Part shown: positions 47,131 to 60,765 of the stretch, one piece after another
How positions within the stretch are numbered: the first letter of the stretch is position 1
Layout of the letters: each line of letters starts with the position of its first letter
DNA from: Massalongia carnosa
Lineage: Eukaryota
DNA: 64,000 nt
Assembly (NCBI GenBank): GCA_965645245.1
Contig: OZ287074.1
Span: forward strand, 1,178,001 to 1,242,000
Reading direction: 5' to 3'
The notes under the pieces: model-generated
Told to the model about the DNA's origin: nothing
Databases searched by the model: none
What the model saw: only the letters and a program-made list of their open reading frames with translations
Program-made: the position numbers and the translations under genes

Positions 47131-47671
47131 TTTATAAGCTTTCTTGATTTTGAATGTGGTTGACACCGGCGGCGTGCAGAAATTAGCATGTGGGTGGTCT
47201 TGATTCAGGTAGACCAGGCGCGCAACCAGAACGGATACAAGAGACTCTATCCAGCACGCTGCAGTGCTGCATCTATCAGCAAAGTTTGGCAAACAAAGAG
47301 TGTAAACCGGGGCTTGCTACAAGCTTTCAGGAGTTGGGAGACTGGAAAGTATGTAGCTTACTAGCGCTTGATTCTGGACAGAAAAAGTTTGTGTTTATTT
47401 CAGACAGAGCTTACACTTAAACTTTGGCTGGGAGAGACGATGGGTAAGTGATAGGATGAAGTGTAGAGTAGGATTGTTTACTCTACGCAGAACGTTGTGG
47501 GGGTTTCCAGCCGAGCTGGAGTCGATGCAAGCTCAAACTAGTTACCAATGCATCACACCCGCCATCAACCCGACACTTAATTTTACGTTCCGAATAGAGA
47601 AGGGGTATAGAGGTCGTTCACTTATGGACGAGAAAAGTGAAGTGTTCTTCATCTTCGATCTTTGTGAAGAT

Positions 47672-50600
47672 TCACATGGTAACGGATCTCTCCATCCTAT
47701 CTAACATAGAGCGCACACCGTCATTGCTCCACTGATTCACCCGCTCCTGATCACTGCTTTCATATGCGCGTAATGCTAATCGTCTAAGAATCACATACTC
47801 TGATGGAATTAACGGCCTGCTTCGGATCCGAGACCGAACCCAGCTCAGCAAACCGCAACGGGTGATCAAGGTGGTACTCCCTCCTGCCAATGTGCAGCGA
47901 AACAACAGATCCATCAGCTTCTGGCTACACGCCTTCGGCAATGAAAACGCAGATAAAGAAAGCAGGCGCTCAAGGATATGGCAGCGTCGATAAAGTTCCA
48001 TGTCCTGTCAACACAAATCAGCCTAAAATAGATGATGATGCCAGAAGTAGCTCACATCCGGTGTTCTTAGACCATCTACCAACGCCTCAAGCAACCATTC
48101 TACTTCGGCATAATGGGCATTTTCGTCAGCCGGTGGATGGAGCAAAATTTTATCTACCCAAAACGATGGGAGTTTGTCTACTACCCAACGTGGAGATCTG
48201 TTTAGAAACTTATTAATTTTGGTATACATGAAATGTAGTGGCTCAGCCAAGACCAGCAACGAATGTGCTGCAATAACCCCTGCAAAATGAGGAAGTGGCC
48301 GATCCACCATGTAATCTTTCGCAACTTCGATAACTTCGCCGACGAGGACATATATCTGCTGCCATTCACTATACATGGAAGTCTAAAACCGTAAGCTTAG
48401 TTTCATTCCGGGTAAAATCCAAACCGACCTCAAGCTGTTCAGAAAAGGATCGTAAGGTAATTATCGCTTGCTTTCGGATCTCTTCGTGTTTCGAACAGAG
48501 ACAGAGAATAAGGCGTCCAATCTCCCCATCTTCGATAGCGTCAGAGAAATCCATCTGGCTCCAATTTCTGGGAATAGAACAATTTTCGTCTGCCTGCGGC
48601 ATCTCAGAGATTATTAAGCGTTCGTCTAGATCTGCATGGTTTTCTTCGATAGGAACGGCAGCACCGCTCTCCTCCTTCTCTTTGCTAGATTTGCCCATTT
48701 TTTGGAGCTGGTGAGCTAAACCAGCTTCCCTTGGTTTGCTCAAGGCCTCTTGTAGCAGCGCACGACCTGCTTTATCCACGACATGTTCCTTCAATTGATC
48801 TCGTACTCTTGAGAGAACTGCTCTGTTGCCACCAGCGTGCATGGATAGGTCGAGATAATCAACTATCCACCTCGTTACCTCTGCCACGACATCACTTGAC
48901 TTCGACTTGACCAAAAAGGGCCATTGCTCCATGATTGTGATTAGGAGAAGATCGATATTGCAGTCATATTCTTCTCCTACATTGGGCTTGATTGTAGATA
49001 CGAGTGCGGTGAGATCTTCGTAGTATTTGACTGGTTTCCTGACACAGCGTAGTATACAACTATCAAGAAATTCAAAAAGCGGGTCCGAAAAATGCACGGT
49101 TCTGTAATCCTGGAGGCTTAACATCAAGATGTCAAGGGAGCGCACCTTAGTTGCTGAGTTCAGCAAAAACGTGTCTACAACGATAGATTGTAAAAGATCT
49201 TTCACACGGTCATCTGAGTTTGAATCTTGGGGGGTAAGATTTCGTCTTAATACGGTGGTGAAGGGTGATAGCAACATACTATCTTGAGAACAAGGTCAGC
49301 AATGTAGGTCATGATAAAAGTTCAAACACCAACCTGGCTTATGCCACCATCGCATGTCAGGTGAGCGTCGAGCAATTTCAAGCAGATTGTATAGTTCCAG
49401 CTTACATAGCCTTTGTCTGTACGGGCCGTCTACATAAGCTGCGTCTTCCTTAAGTGCGTCTGATAATGCCATGGAGATGTCAAATTTTTCTTCCAAAGCT
49501 GCTTGCGGTAAAAGCTTGTAATACATAGCTAGTAGATGTGTGATAGCTCCTTTGAATAATACACTATCTTGGGGGCAGCTGCGGAATACTGCGATCACAT
49601 GTTTCATCTCGGGGCACCGCCTGCAAAAATCATCAATGAGATCCAGTCGAGCATGTCTCAAGGCTTTAGAAGATCCATCCTGGTGTGCTTGGATGGTGAA
49701 AGTTTGAGAGTTGAGCGCCTTTGTAAGCTTTTGAAACGCTGCAACAAGAATCCTTACAGCAAAGAAGGTGACTAGACTTGAACTCTGGTTCAGACAGCGT
49801 GTCAAAGCTTTCTTTGTTAAAGGTTTTGGTAGAATACTCTCTATAATATATGAAGGCGGAGCAATGTCAACATTCCCAAGAGCATGGGATATGGGCAGTT
49901 GTATTGTAGACAGTAAAAACATTGCGTAGCCAACCCAAGTGGTAGTCAGTTTAGGTTCAAATGAAAAGGACTTTTTGAGGAAATAATCCACAATCAACCC
50001 AGGAGCGGCTTGAAATATTGCCAGTATAAGGTCACAATGCAAAGGGTTTGCATATGGCCGAAGACTTTGCAGAAAGGATGCGATTCCTATGTTTTGTGAT
50101 ACTAGTCTCTGCTGAGAAAGCCTGTGTAGGCTTGAGCCCCTGTTCATGTCAACCTGATGGTTGTCAAAATTATGGACAGGTTTGTCTTTGGAGTTTGTTT
50201 CAGCTTGCAATCTCAGTATACCTTGGTTCGTGGTAGTACAAACGCAGAGCAGGAAGGTATGAACACTATGATGAACAGCTACGTCTTCTGGAGTATTTGC
50301 CTCATCATGATATTGATAAAGTGAGGCTATAGATCGTAAAGTCCCGTCGGTAAAAAGTCGAACTTTAACTAAATGTGACAGCGTCAAGTCCTGAAGAACG
50401 TTCTTTTGAAATGCATTGATTATCTCTAAAATAGTTGCTGCAGAATCTTCTTTGATGTCATGGAACACTGCTCGAGTTACGTTTCCTTGAGCCAATATGC
50501 TGGATTTTGCAGATCTGCTTTGTAATCTCAGATTTGCAAATAAATATCGTAAAGCGTTGTTTCTGACTGAAGGTCTCCGTTTGCTTTCTGGTACAGCTTC

Positions 50601-51311
50601 CATAAAATCTTTGCGTATACCCAGAAAGATTTCGAGACGTTTGAAAGTTACCTCCCGGTGAGCGTACACATTTGGAGCTATAACTCCACCATCATAGGAT
50701 ACTATCTCCGTTAGAAGTCGTAGGCATGGCGATATTACGTGCTCCTTGCTCTTGTTTGTGCTTAAGCCTCTATCAAAAAGTTTAATTTGATCATCCAGCA
50801 GCAGAGTCCTACAGAGATTAATGCCGTGGGCTCTAAACTCGATATGGCTGGAAGTGGTTTTTAGTAGCAACGCCAAGACGGCAGCAATTGAACAAAATAG
50901 TCCTTCTTGATTTGCCTGCGCGGCAAAACTCCATAATTGAGTGATATCAGAAAGATACCGCGAGTTCGCATCATCTGCAGGAGGCTTTTGAGACTGTAAG
51001 TACTCTAAAAGAATCGTTCGCTTGATCGACTGATCATTTTCATCTTTCCCATAGGCAATAGCATCTAAAAATATTTTAAAAGATCTAATATCTATGCGAT
51101 TGTCAGATCACGTTGCGCCCTAGGACTTGTTGAGCATACTATTTTTAACCTTTTCAGCATCGTTGTCCTGCTTAAAGGCTAGAAGATCCTGTATATCTTG
51201 AGAAGATTGAAGTTCGTGTGGTACAAATTTGACCACCTGATTCTCCGTAAGCTTCTGTCTCTTTCTGTAGGGACTATCTGCACCAGAATCTGAATTGTCC
51301 CGTTTGACCAT
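47672..51311 (-). CDS. URB1: Nucleolar pre-60S biogenesis protein Urb1/Npa1; ~4 introns
   Basis: KEHVISPCLRLLTEIVSYDGG, RRPSVRNNALRYL, FSFEPKLTTTWVGY, LTRCLNQ; C-terminal NopRA1-like EPLHFMYTKINKFL and GGSTTLITRCGLLSW. Confidence 0.88.
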
Positions 51312-51603
51312 GTTGCTTGAATATGAGATAATTTGAGATATTGTACTTGTAAATATAATTTGATTGGGATTTCAATGCGGAATTGTACCGCGTTAAGCGC
51401 CATAGTCGGCTAATTACGTCAAGTTATGGGCTTGCTTCCGTTCCAGCTTGTTAACATCCAACCCATCATCCTGGAAACTTTCTCTTACTCCATTCGCCCT
51501 AAAATCCGATTCTTTTCAATGTTTACAATCGGTTTCTAGCTCACAATGGAGCTATCAGTGAGACTGCTCTCGCCACCTTCACCTTCTAACTGAGCACATT
51601 GAG

Positions 51604-53886
51604 ATGTCATCGGCCTCCGCAGCTATGGTACGAAATGGACCTAGAAGGTTCCCATGGCACTTCTCCGTCCCTCGACCCAAATCGTGTGAGAGACTTCATA
51701 ACCTCGAGTTTTCTGGTGGTGCGGGTACTCTAAGACCTTTTTCTACACCGTGTATACCGCGTGTCGCCCAGCGAGCGCTAAGATCTCCACTCGCGTCCCG
51801 CAAGTGGACTTCGCCCTTAAGCCAGCCTTCCCTTCAACTCTGTGCACGCTCAATCGCTACGACAGATCCTCTATCTGGGCGGCGCGGCCCAGTCTTCCGC
51901 TTCGTTTTCCGCTTCTTTGCCTACACTGGAGCTTTCATATTGTTTAGTGGTGGTCTGGTAGTGACATTCTTCATTTATGATGCCTCAACTTATCGCGAAG
52001 ATCTATCATACACCGATATACCCGTGTCTGAAAGGGCATTAGAGCCAAGAAGAGGAGGGCCAAAGAATCTGCCAATAGCGGAGGTTTTGGTAGACGACGA
52101 TGACTCTGCTGAGATGGTACGACAGAAGCACAAACCTAAGTTAGTCATATTAGGTAGTGGATGGGGAAGCGTGGCTCTATTAAAGACCTTGAACCCAGAT
52201 GACTATCATGTTACTGTTGTATCGCCGGTCAACTATTTTCTTTTCACGCCAATGCTACCCTCAGCAACAGTAGGGACGTTGGAGTTGCGGTCACTAGTCG
52301 AACCTGTGCGACGCATTGTGCAACGTGTGAGAGGACACTTTCTTCGGGCTGAAGCAGTAGAAGTAGAGTTTTCTGAAAGGCTATTGGAGGTTGCCCAAAC
52401 AGATGCTAGTGGAGAGAAAAGGCATTTTTACCTTCCGTATGACAAGTTGGTTATTGGTGTCGGTAGGTAATCTTTAGGAAAGAAAACGAAATTGGGGATA
52501 CTTACGAGTCTATTGGTAGGCTCTATCACAAACCCTCATGGTGTCAAAGGCTTGGAGAATTGCAACTTTCTGAAAACCATAGATGACGCACGAGCTATCA
52601 GGAACAAGGTGCTTCGGAATCTAGAATACGCCTGTCTGCCCACTACAACTGATGCAGAACGCCGAAGGCTTCTCTCTTTTGTCATCAGCGGGGGCGGGCC
52701 AACTGGGGTGGAATTTGCAGCAGAACTTTTCGACCTTCTTAACGAGGACTTGGGCCACACATTTCCTAAAATCCTGCGAAATGAGATATCAGTTCACGTT
52801 ATACAAAGTCGCGGCCACATATTAAACACATACGATGAGGCGCTTTCGAAGTACGCCGAAGCTAGGTTCGCACACGATCAGGTGGAGGTTTTGACAAATT
52901 CTAGAGTCAGGGAAGTCCACCCTGACAAGATCATATTCACACAGAAAGATGATAAAGGTAAAACTATCACAAAAGAACTACCAATGGGTTTTTGCCTTTG
53001 GTCTACAGGTGTTGGTAAGTTAGAATTGGAATTCTCAACTTTGTAGCAAAGATGTATTGAATCAATCTAGCTCAGAACGAGTTTTGTAAACGCATCTCGG
53101 ACAAAATTGATATTCAAACAAATCAACATGCTCTTGAAACGGACACACATCTTCGCCTTAACGGAGCCCCTTTGGGATCCGTCTATGCAATTGGTGATTG
53201 CTCGACTGTCCAGAACAACGTTGCGGATCATTTAGTCCACTTTCTGCGCACTCTAGCCTATGAAAAAGGCAAAGATCCAGAGAGCATGGTAATTACCTTT
53301 GCCGAGTGGCGAGGAGTAGCCCAGCGGGTGAAGAAACGCTTTCCTCAAGCTGCAGATCATCTTCGTAGGCTAGATCGACTGTTTGAACAGTACGACAAGG
53401 ATAAGAGTGGGACCCTTGATTTTGGAGAGCTTCGAGAACTTCTCTTGCAGATAGACTCGAAACTGACTTCCCTTCCAGCCACCGCGCAGCGGGCCCATCA
53501 GCAAGGACAGTACCTTGGTCGCAAATTTAATAAACTCGCACAGGCTACGCCTGGAATGATGGCTAATGAGGTGGACTACGGTGACTTGGACGATGCTGTC
53601 TACAAGGCGTTTGAATACAGGCACCTGGGTAGTTTGGCATACGTTGGGAACGCAGCTGTCTTCGATATCAACGGGTTAAGCTTTAGTGGTGGTCTGCTAG
53701 CGGTCTACTTATGGAGAAGCATATACTTTGCCCAAAGCGTGAGTTTTCGGACGAGAATATTACTTGCAATGGATTGGAGTAAGAGAGCATTATTCGGACG
53801 AGGTAAGATCGGGCGCTACATGAACTGAAAACTCGCTTTCGAGGGGACTTATGCTAATCTACACCGCAGATCTCATGAATTTTTAG
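51604..53886 (+). CDS. External alternative (type II) mitochondrial NAD(P)H dehydrogenase with EF-hand (Neurospora NDE-1 type); 3 introns
   Basis: Presequence-like N-terminus, ILGSGWG, FLFTPMLPS, YDKLVIGVG, GGGPTGVEFAAE, EF-hand DKDKSGTLDFGE, LPATAQRAHQQG, YLWRSIY..DW..FGRDLMNF*. Confidence 0.94.
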
Positions 53887-55849
53887 ACATGCATACGATA
53901 TGTAGAGATAGAAAAAGTCCTGGCCGATGGCATAAGGAACCACGAGTATATAAGCAGCAAAGTTAAGGCGAACGCAACCTTCGGAGGAGGGAGCGGTCCG
54001 ATATGGAGACCAGTCACCATTGGATGTATCATTATCGATCGGCGAACCTAATTCATGCTACTTTAAACCTCCGTGTTAGTAATCCACTATTTCGGGGTTG
54101 CTATATGTAAACGCAAATCCCGTCATCTTGAAGTACCTAGATCAAGATAGGTTCTCCTTCTGCTCCAACAAGAGTTTCTCTTCTCGCTATCTATTCCAAA
54201 GCAGTATTGTTTCTCATCGCTTGGCCAACGAAAAAAAGAGTTCTCTTAACCTCTAGATGTTGGATCCCAATGGTCAAAGGTGAGCAGGAAAGCCGGTACT
54301 TTCTAGACTTGACCTTGCAAACCTCTCATAAGACCTACTTGAGAACCTGGTCGCCTTGCCAAGGTCAGAGAAACATTCATTTCCACCGGGATGGCAGCTA
54401 CGTTTTCATGAGTCTTTGAAGTCAGTAGAAGGCAGGTGTACAAGCTTGGATAATCAGCGTGATGCGTAAGTCTTACTTTGAAATGCTGTCCCCTTTTCGA
54501 CACAAATTCAATCTAAACACGTACTGCTCTGCCTACCTTAGCTAGCGCGGTGAGATGATATACCACCACCTTATCTTTAGATTTGGGGCTTTTCTGGCTC
54601 GCAAAAATGGCTCATGAATACTTCACGTTGCGCTTTTACTTTACCGGTTTCATTTTTGCGAAATTCCCGCCTTTGTGATTTGCCCTTTGTCATATTTCCT
54701 AATCGCGTCCCCCCTAACTTGCCTGCTAATATTTGCACGAAGCGTCCCTCTTCACCAGAAACGCGCAAGTTCTCCCGGCTTCGGTGCATCATCTTCAAAG
54801 GTCCGTTTTTGGCTTTTCTAGTGTTCGAGTTCGGGGTCTTGGCTAGATACATATCTAGATACATAATGCGATCGATTGGCTTTGGCTTTATGTAGCTTAA
54901 TCGCGATGGGTTGGTTGGTTCGCGCTGGAAGGGGGAGAGGGTTCCCATAGAAGAATTGATAGGTGGATCAAATCGTTGGGCAAAGCTTTTAATAGCTATG
55001 ACTTTCCCTAGCATCTAAAACGAGACCCTATGAGTTCCAGTCCAAAAGTCAGCCAACCACCGAGCTTCCTTCCTCTCAAAGACCGCCGCACTCGCGGAGC
55101 TCGCGATTCGGCATTACGCTGACAATGAAAGTAGCCTAGGTTTGAGTGAGTGATGCTCTCTCGTCCTCATCGGCAACACGGCCTAGGGGGGGGAGGGGGT
55201 GGCGAACAAGATTTCGTGGGTTGGAAGAGAGAACGAACAAACAAACGTATGTGATGCGATATATGATTGCATCAGCCTGAACTGACATTCATACCAGAGC
55301 TGGGCGACGTCACCCTGCTGCCTGGGAAACGAAGGTTTAATTTTTCTGCTTCTGTACTCTTGTTTATGACTTCGCCGCTTTTAACGACCTGTGGCTACAC
55401 TACGGATAGATAGGTAGTCAGGCGACTTCAATGGGGACGAGAACTGATCTCCGCAACCCTTCTCTCTAGTTACCAGAACGCAATCACTTCGGCGAAGTGA
55501 ACAACACGCACCCATCCTCCTAAACGTCACTATGGTCCCATCAGCCTTCATCGGCGTGCTTGAACTAAATCGAGAGGGAAGGGGTGATGTTGCTTATAAG
55601 GACGCGACCAAAACGGCTTGCAGCACTCTTCTCGGAAGCGGACGTCTGTTGTAAGATGATGACCGGAAGGTTTTGTTTTCACGATGGAGATCGCGAATTC
55701 ATCAAACCTTTTTTTTTTCCTATGCTCTTAGTTGTTTCCCTTTTGACTTTCCTTTACCCCCCCCAAATACTGCAAGTATCCGCAAGTAACCAGCCATTTC
55801 TCTCATCTAACCGCCTACCCACCCGCCCACCTATCAGAAATACTCTCCA

Positions 55850-55868
55850 CCCCCCCCCCCCCCCCCCC
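55850..55868. repeat. Poly-C (19 nt) tract downstream of the sulfite reductase gene
   Basis: Visible homopolymer; the exact length may be assembly-sensitive. Confidence 0.85.
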
Positions 55869-56049
55869 AGCAGCAAGACGACCCTACCAAGATCTATCGT
55901 GCTCGCCGAAAGCCACCGTGGACAATAGCAATGGAAAGTAGCAAGCCACCGCCGCCGAGAAAATGCAAATACATATTGCCTTGCTGTTACCCTGAAACGT
56001 TCCCGTTTTCTCTTATGACCTGACCGCCCAAAACGGCCCCAACGGCTCT

Positions 56050-59000
56050 TCAGACCTCATCGTCACTCTCGACCTCAGCGACATCATCATGAAAAGTCTT
56101 CCCCTCCGTTGTCGCTTTGATAATCCCGATGCGGATAACAAAATCCCCAAACCTCTCCCCCTCTCGCCTCTCCAGCGCATAACGCTTCAGCAGTGGCTTC
56201 ATGATATCCAATATCTCCCCCTCGCCAATGGAGCTGCGGTACAGCTTATTAAGGCGCTGCCCATGATACCCTCCCCCGAGGTACATGTTATACGCGCCGT
56301 ACGCCTTGCCCACAAACGCCACCTCCGCTACCCAAGGCCGCGCACAGCCATTAGGGCAGCCGGTCATACGCATGACGATGCTATCATGTCGTAGGCCATT
56401 TTCTTCCAGGCTGTCTTCCAGCTTGCTGATGAGCTGGGGGAGATAACGTTCCGATTCGGCCATGGCGAGACCGCAGGTGGGGAAAGCAACGCAGGCGGAC
56501 GAGCTCAGGCGCAGGCCGGAGAAGTGCACATTGTCGAGTTTATACTGCTTCATCAGGGCTTTTACTCGGTCTAGGTCGTCGTTGTGAACACCGGATAGGC
56601 AAAGATGCTGGTTGCCTGTCAATCGGAACTCGCCCTTATGGATCTGGGCAATTTCCCGCAGGCCGGTTTTCATGGGGAAGTCGGGCGTGTCTTCTACGCG
56701 ACCATTTTCAATAAAAAAGGTGAAGTGATTCATGCCGAACTCGTCCTTCTGCCAGCCAAAGGTGTCAATGTTGGACTTGAACTCGAATGGGCGAGGATTT
56801 TCAAACGCATAGCCCAGGAGCCCCTCGACTTTCCCGCGGAACACATCAACTCCCATATCGTCAATGGTGTACTTGAGACGAGCATGCTTGCGGTTTTTGC
56901 GGTCCCCGTTGTCCCGCTGTACAAGCATGATTTTTTCGCAAACAATGTGGACCTTGTCAAAGGAAACGTAGCCCATCATGCTGCCGGTGCGGGGGTAGGT
57001 TTTCTTATTGTTGTGCGTGACACCCATGCCTCCTCCAACTAGGACATTAAAGCCTTCAAGGCGGCTCTTGGGGTCCTTGATAGCTATCAGGCCAACATCA
57101 TGCGCATAAACGTCGGTATCATTGTGCGGCGGTATCGCGATGGTTATTTTAAATTTTCGAGGAAGGTAGGTCGGGCCATAGAGGGGCTCTTGATCTACGA
57201 CAGCGTCCCCAGCTACCTTGACCTGCTTGTCATTGTCATCCTTCAGCCATATTTCATGATAAGCCGTCGTCGACGGTAGCAGATGGTTACTGATTTTTGC
57301 CGATACCTGATGCACATCACGATGAAACGCAGACTTCGTTGGTAGCGTGCTGCACATGACGTTCCGGTTGACATCTCCACAAGCAGCAATAGTGGTCATC
57401 AATGCTTTGTTGATCCCCCTCATGGCTGATTTCAGCTTCGTCTTAATGACACCATGAAACTGAAAGGTCTGACGAGTGGTGATTTTCATGGTCTCGTTGC
57501 CGTAGGTACTGCTTATAGAATCCATTTGGAGCCACTGTGAAGGAGTTGCCACTCCACCATTGAGCCTACAACGGATCATGAAGGAATATGCCGGCTCGAG
57601 ACCTTGCGCTTTCCGTTCGTCCCGTAAATCTCGATCGTCTTGCATGTAAGTTCCGTGGAACTTTGTAAGTTGCTGGTCAGAAGCGGCAATGGCTCCCGTG
57701 GTAAGATCTTCAAGACCCTCAGCAATTGTACCACGTAGGAAATTGGACTGAATCTTGATATCTTCATTTGTAATCGGCGGTGGCTCTTCAGGCAGACCTG
57801 TGACCTTGTCAACGCCGAGCGCTTGCCATATTTTTGGTTCCCATTCGGCATATCCGGTTTGATAGCTATCTGGGTCTTGATCATCGCCAAGCCCAATCGC
57901 TGTCAATCTTTTACCACCTAAAAACGCCATTCTTGCATCTAAATCCTTCCCTGGCTTATTGTAGAATACTTTATCTTCCTTTCGAGGCCAGTAGTGACTA
58001 TCTCCAAGTGCGAACACGGTGAAATTTAGATGAGAGAGATCTAGTTCGGCGTTGTTCCTGATTGCATCCCAGAAAGAACGTCCGTTTTGAGGAAATTCGC
58101 CCTGGCCAGCTGTGCTGGTAAGCAGGACGACATTTTCTTCTCCCGGAAGGTCTTCGAACGGGAAATCGTCCATGGCCATAACCATCGTTTTAAGCCCTCG
58201 CGCCTTTCCCCTATTCCCGAGACGTTTCGCCAAGTTTTCGGCGTTTCCATTGTCCGAAGCAAAAAGAATGGTCATAGGGGCTCCATAAAGACTCTCAAGC
58301 AGCTTATCATATGCATCTTTTGCTTTTCGCTTTTGAAGGCTACGCATTTCAGTGCCGAACGAGTCGGCAAGATTGGCGGAGAACTCCGGATGTCTGTTCA
58401 TCAGCTGTGTCAGATGGTTGTCTCGCCGTAAGAATTCTTCGAGCTCTTGCTTAATTCGTTCTGAGTCAAGCAAGAAGTTTGATTCTCCACTATTTTCACT
58501 GTATGGGTTCCATCGATACAGCGGCCAATAACCGAGATCCACCGCCTTTTTGGTTTCTTGTAACACCGTCAAGGGGCTGTCGGTTTCTTTGTGATATGGC
58601 AGATATGCCACAATCACAGATGGCCCGTCGAATTTGTCCGCTTCAATCATTGCTTCTAACACCTGGGTATAGGAACTGTAGACCGCGACTGACGCAACAT
58701 AGGCATTCCCAAAATTCATTGCATAAAGCCCAATGTCCTTTTTCCTCCTCAATGCATCCGCTGCTGCTCGCTCAGACCATGGTTGAGAGTCGATGATCAG
58801 CATGTTAAGATTCGCACCTGATGCAATCACATGATGAACCCCTGAGTTGCCAAGATCATATGCCCACGCATCAGAACCAACGAGCCATTGAGACTCTTGG
58901 AAAAATAGATGCTTGGACGATAGGAGGTGAGAGGCTAATCTCGAACCGTCGGTGCTAAGTCGTGCGATCACCTCCTGCGCTATCGCGTTGATGTCTTTCG

Positions 59001-60765
59001 AGTCAACAGCTAGCGCCCATTTCGAAAGCCAACTCCGAGGCGTGTCAGTTGCAAAGTCCCGGCTAGCTGCAGCCGCCTTAACCTCGCCGGCGAACCGCTT
59101 TCGATGCTCGATCCGTGCGAGAAGTGAGCCAAACCCGTACTCAGGAGTTGCCGCAAGGGTGGAAGATATTCCAGCATTTGCAGCATTAAGCCGGTTTGCT
59201 ATATGAAGCCTTTCACCAAATACCTGCTCAAGGATCTTCATATAAGCACTTTCAACCTTTGGCTGCTCTAGAGCGTACCCGTGGATCGGCCTTTGAGGTC
59301 GTTCATGACTTCCGACCTCAAGATTCTGAATAGGAGATGGCAATTTCATATTCTGAAATATCCCACGAAGAGCTTGACGAACCGTTGCTGGTTCAATGTA
59401 ACCAAGCTGATATCCGACTACTAGAGGCGTTGCCGTAGAGGCTCCAGTCTTGAGGCCTGTTAGAATATCCAATAGCACCGGCCCCCATTTGGTAGTCTTC
59501 CTACGGATTTGTTCCAACACCGCAATTCTTCTCACCGAACGGGGCACCGCCTCGATTAGCTGGGCATTAAGCCAAGGCCGATAGAGTCGTGCTGTGACAA
59601 TACCACATTTGGCATATTCATCTGAAGGGTTTGCTGCCTGTATCCCGTCAACGAATATCCCGGTGGATCCGAATACGAACAGAGCGAATTCCGCGTTACT
59701 TGGCCCCGTGTATTCAAAGACTTCATAAGTGCGACCTGTAAGTGAACTTATTTGTGACCAAATTCCCTGCAAGAAATCAAGGATATCCTCTGAAGTTACT
59801 GGCCGGGTTGTCGTGAAACCTAGTGACGTTGCAGAAGATATGGTAGGTCTGCTGTCCGCACTGCTAGCTCGCACCGATGAGCCAATAGAGGACTCATATC
59901 CTTTGGTGCCTTTTGCAAGCGAATGAGTCGTAGGGCTTTTTTCCGTTGGACTAGGCGACTGATAGCCTTCTGTTGTGGGCGACGTATTTTCTGCGATACT
60001 CGCCTGCCTTCCATCGTCCACGTACAATGATGAGCCCCCAATCGATATTGATTGATACACCCTAGCGGCTTCAAGGTCTAAAACGCTTCTTATTAAAGTC
60101 CTGTCTTCTCTTGGGATAGGATCATCATCCTTGGAGTTTGCTGGATCGAAGAAGTGTATCACGCCTTTACCCGATTTAAGAGCCAGAGCATGCGCTGACA
60201 AGGCAATATCAAGTCCTTCTTGAAGGGTCTCGGATTGCAAAAATATAAAGCCAGATTGCCGGATTGATGTAATATCTGAGTAGTCGGGGTGATTGAGAGG
60301 ATGCAGAGACACATGCAACACTATCGGATATTGCGCCAACTTGTACAAATGAGGAATTGAGGATAGAAGGACTGACGAGGGCGTTGTGATCGACGCTAGT
60401 TTGCCGGATCGTAGAGGCAGGAAGGCAGACAATAGGGGATCGACATTATGTCGGATGGCTTTTACCTACGTCACGATGTGAGCATTTATAAATCCCACAC
60501 GGCCCCTCCCGTAAGCGCCGTACCTCTGGTATTCCACGAGCAACCAGACCGAGCGCTCCATTTGCCGCCAAGCCATGTAAGTATAAGGAGAATTCGGAGT
60601 CGGTGCCCAATGCAGGTTGTACAGATAAAACCACATCACTGGCGATGTAGGCTATTCTTGCCACTATGATTCACTGAGTTAGTTCTACCAAACATGACCC
60701 GTGGATGAGGGCGAAACGGATGATGGCCACACACCTGCTTCATGAACATTTCGAATCCGGGCCAT
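56050..60765 (-). CDS. MET5: Assimilatory sulfite reductase beta (hemoprotein) subunit; two 5' introns
   Basis: PFOR-like N-terminal region (VGSDAWAYDLG), flavodoxin domain (ASDNGNAE, TSTAGQGEFP), NIR/SIR domains (LTKFHGTYMQDDRD, ACGDVNRNV, LPRKFK, CVAFPTC, GCPNGC). Spliced start MARIRNVHEAVARIAY. Confidence 0.96.

Noticed and set aside
56050..60765. PFOR-like, flavodoxin and siroheme domain fusion as a novelty
   Set aside because: This is the standard architecture of fungal Met5/Ecm17.
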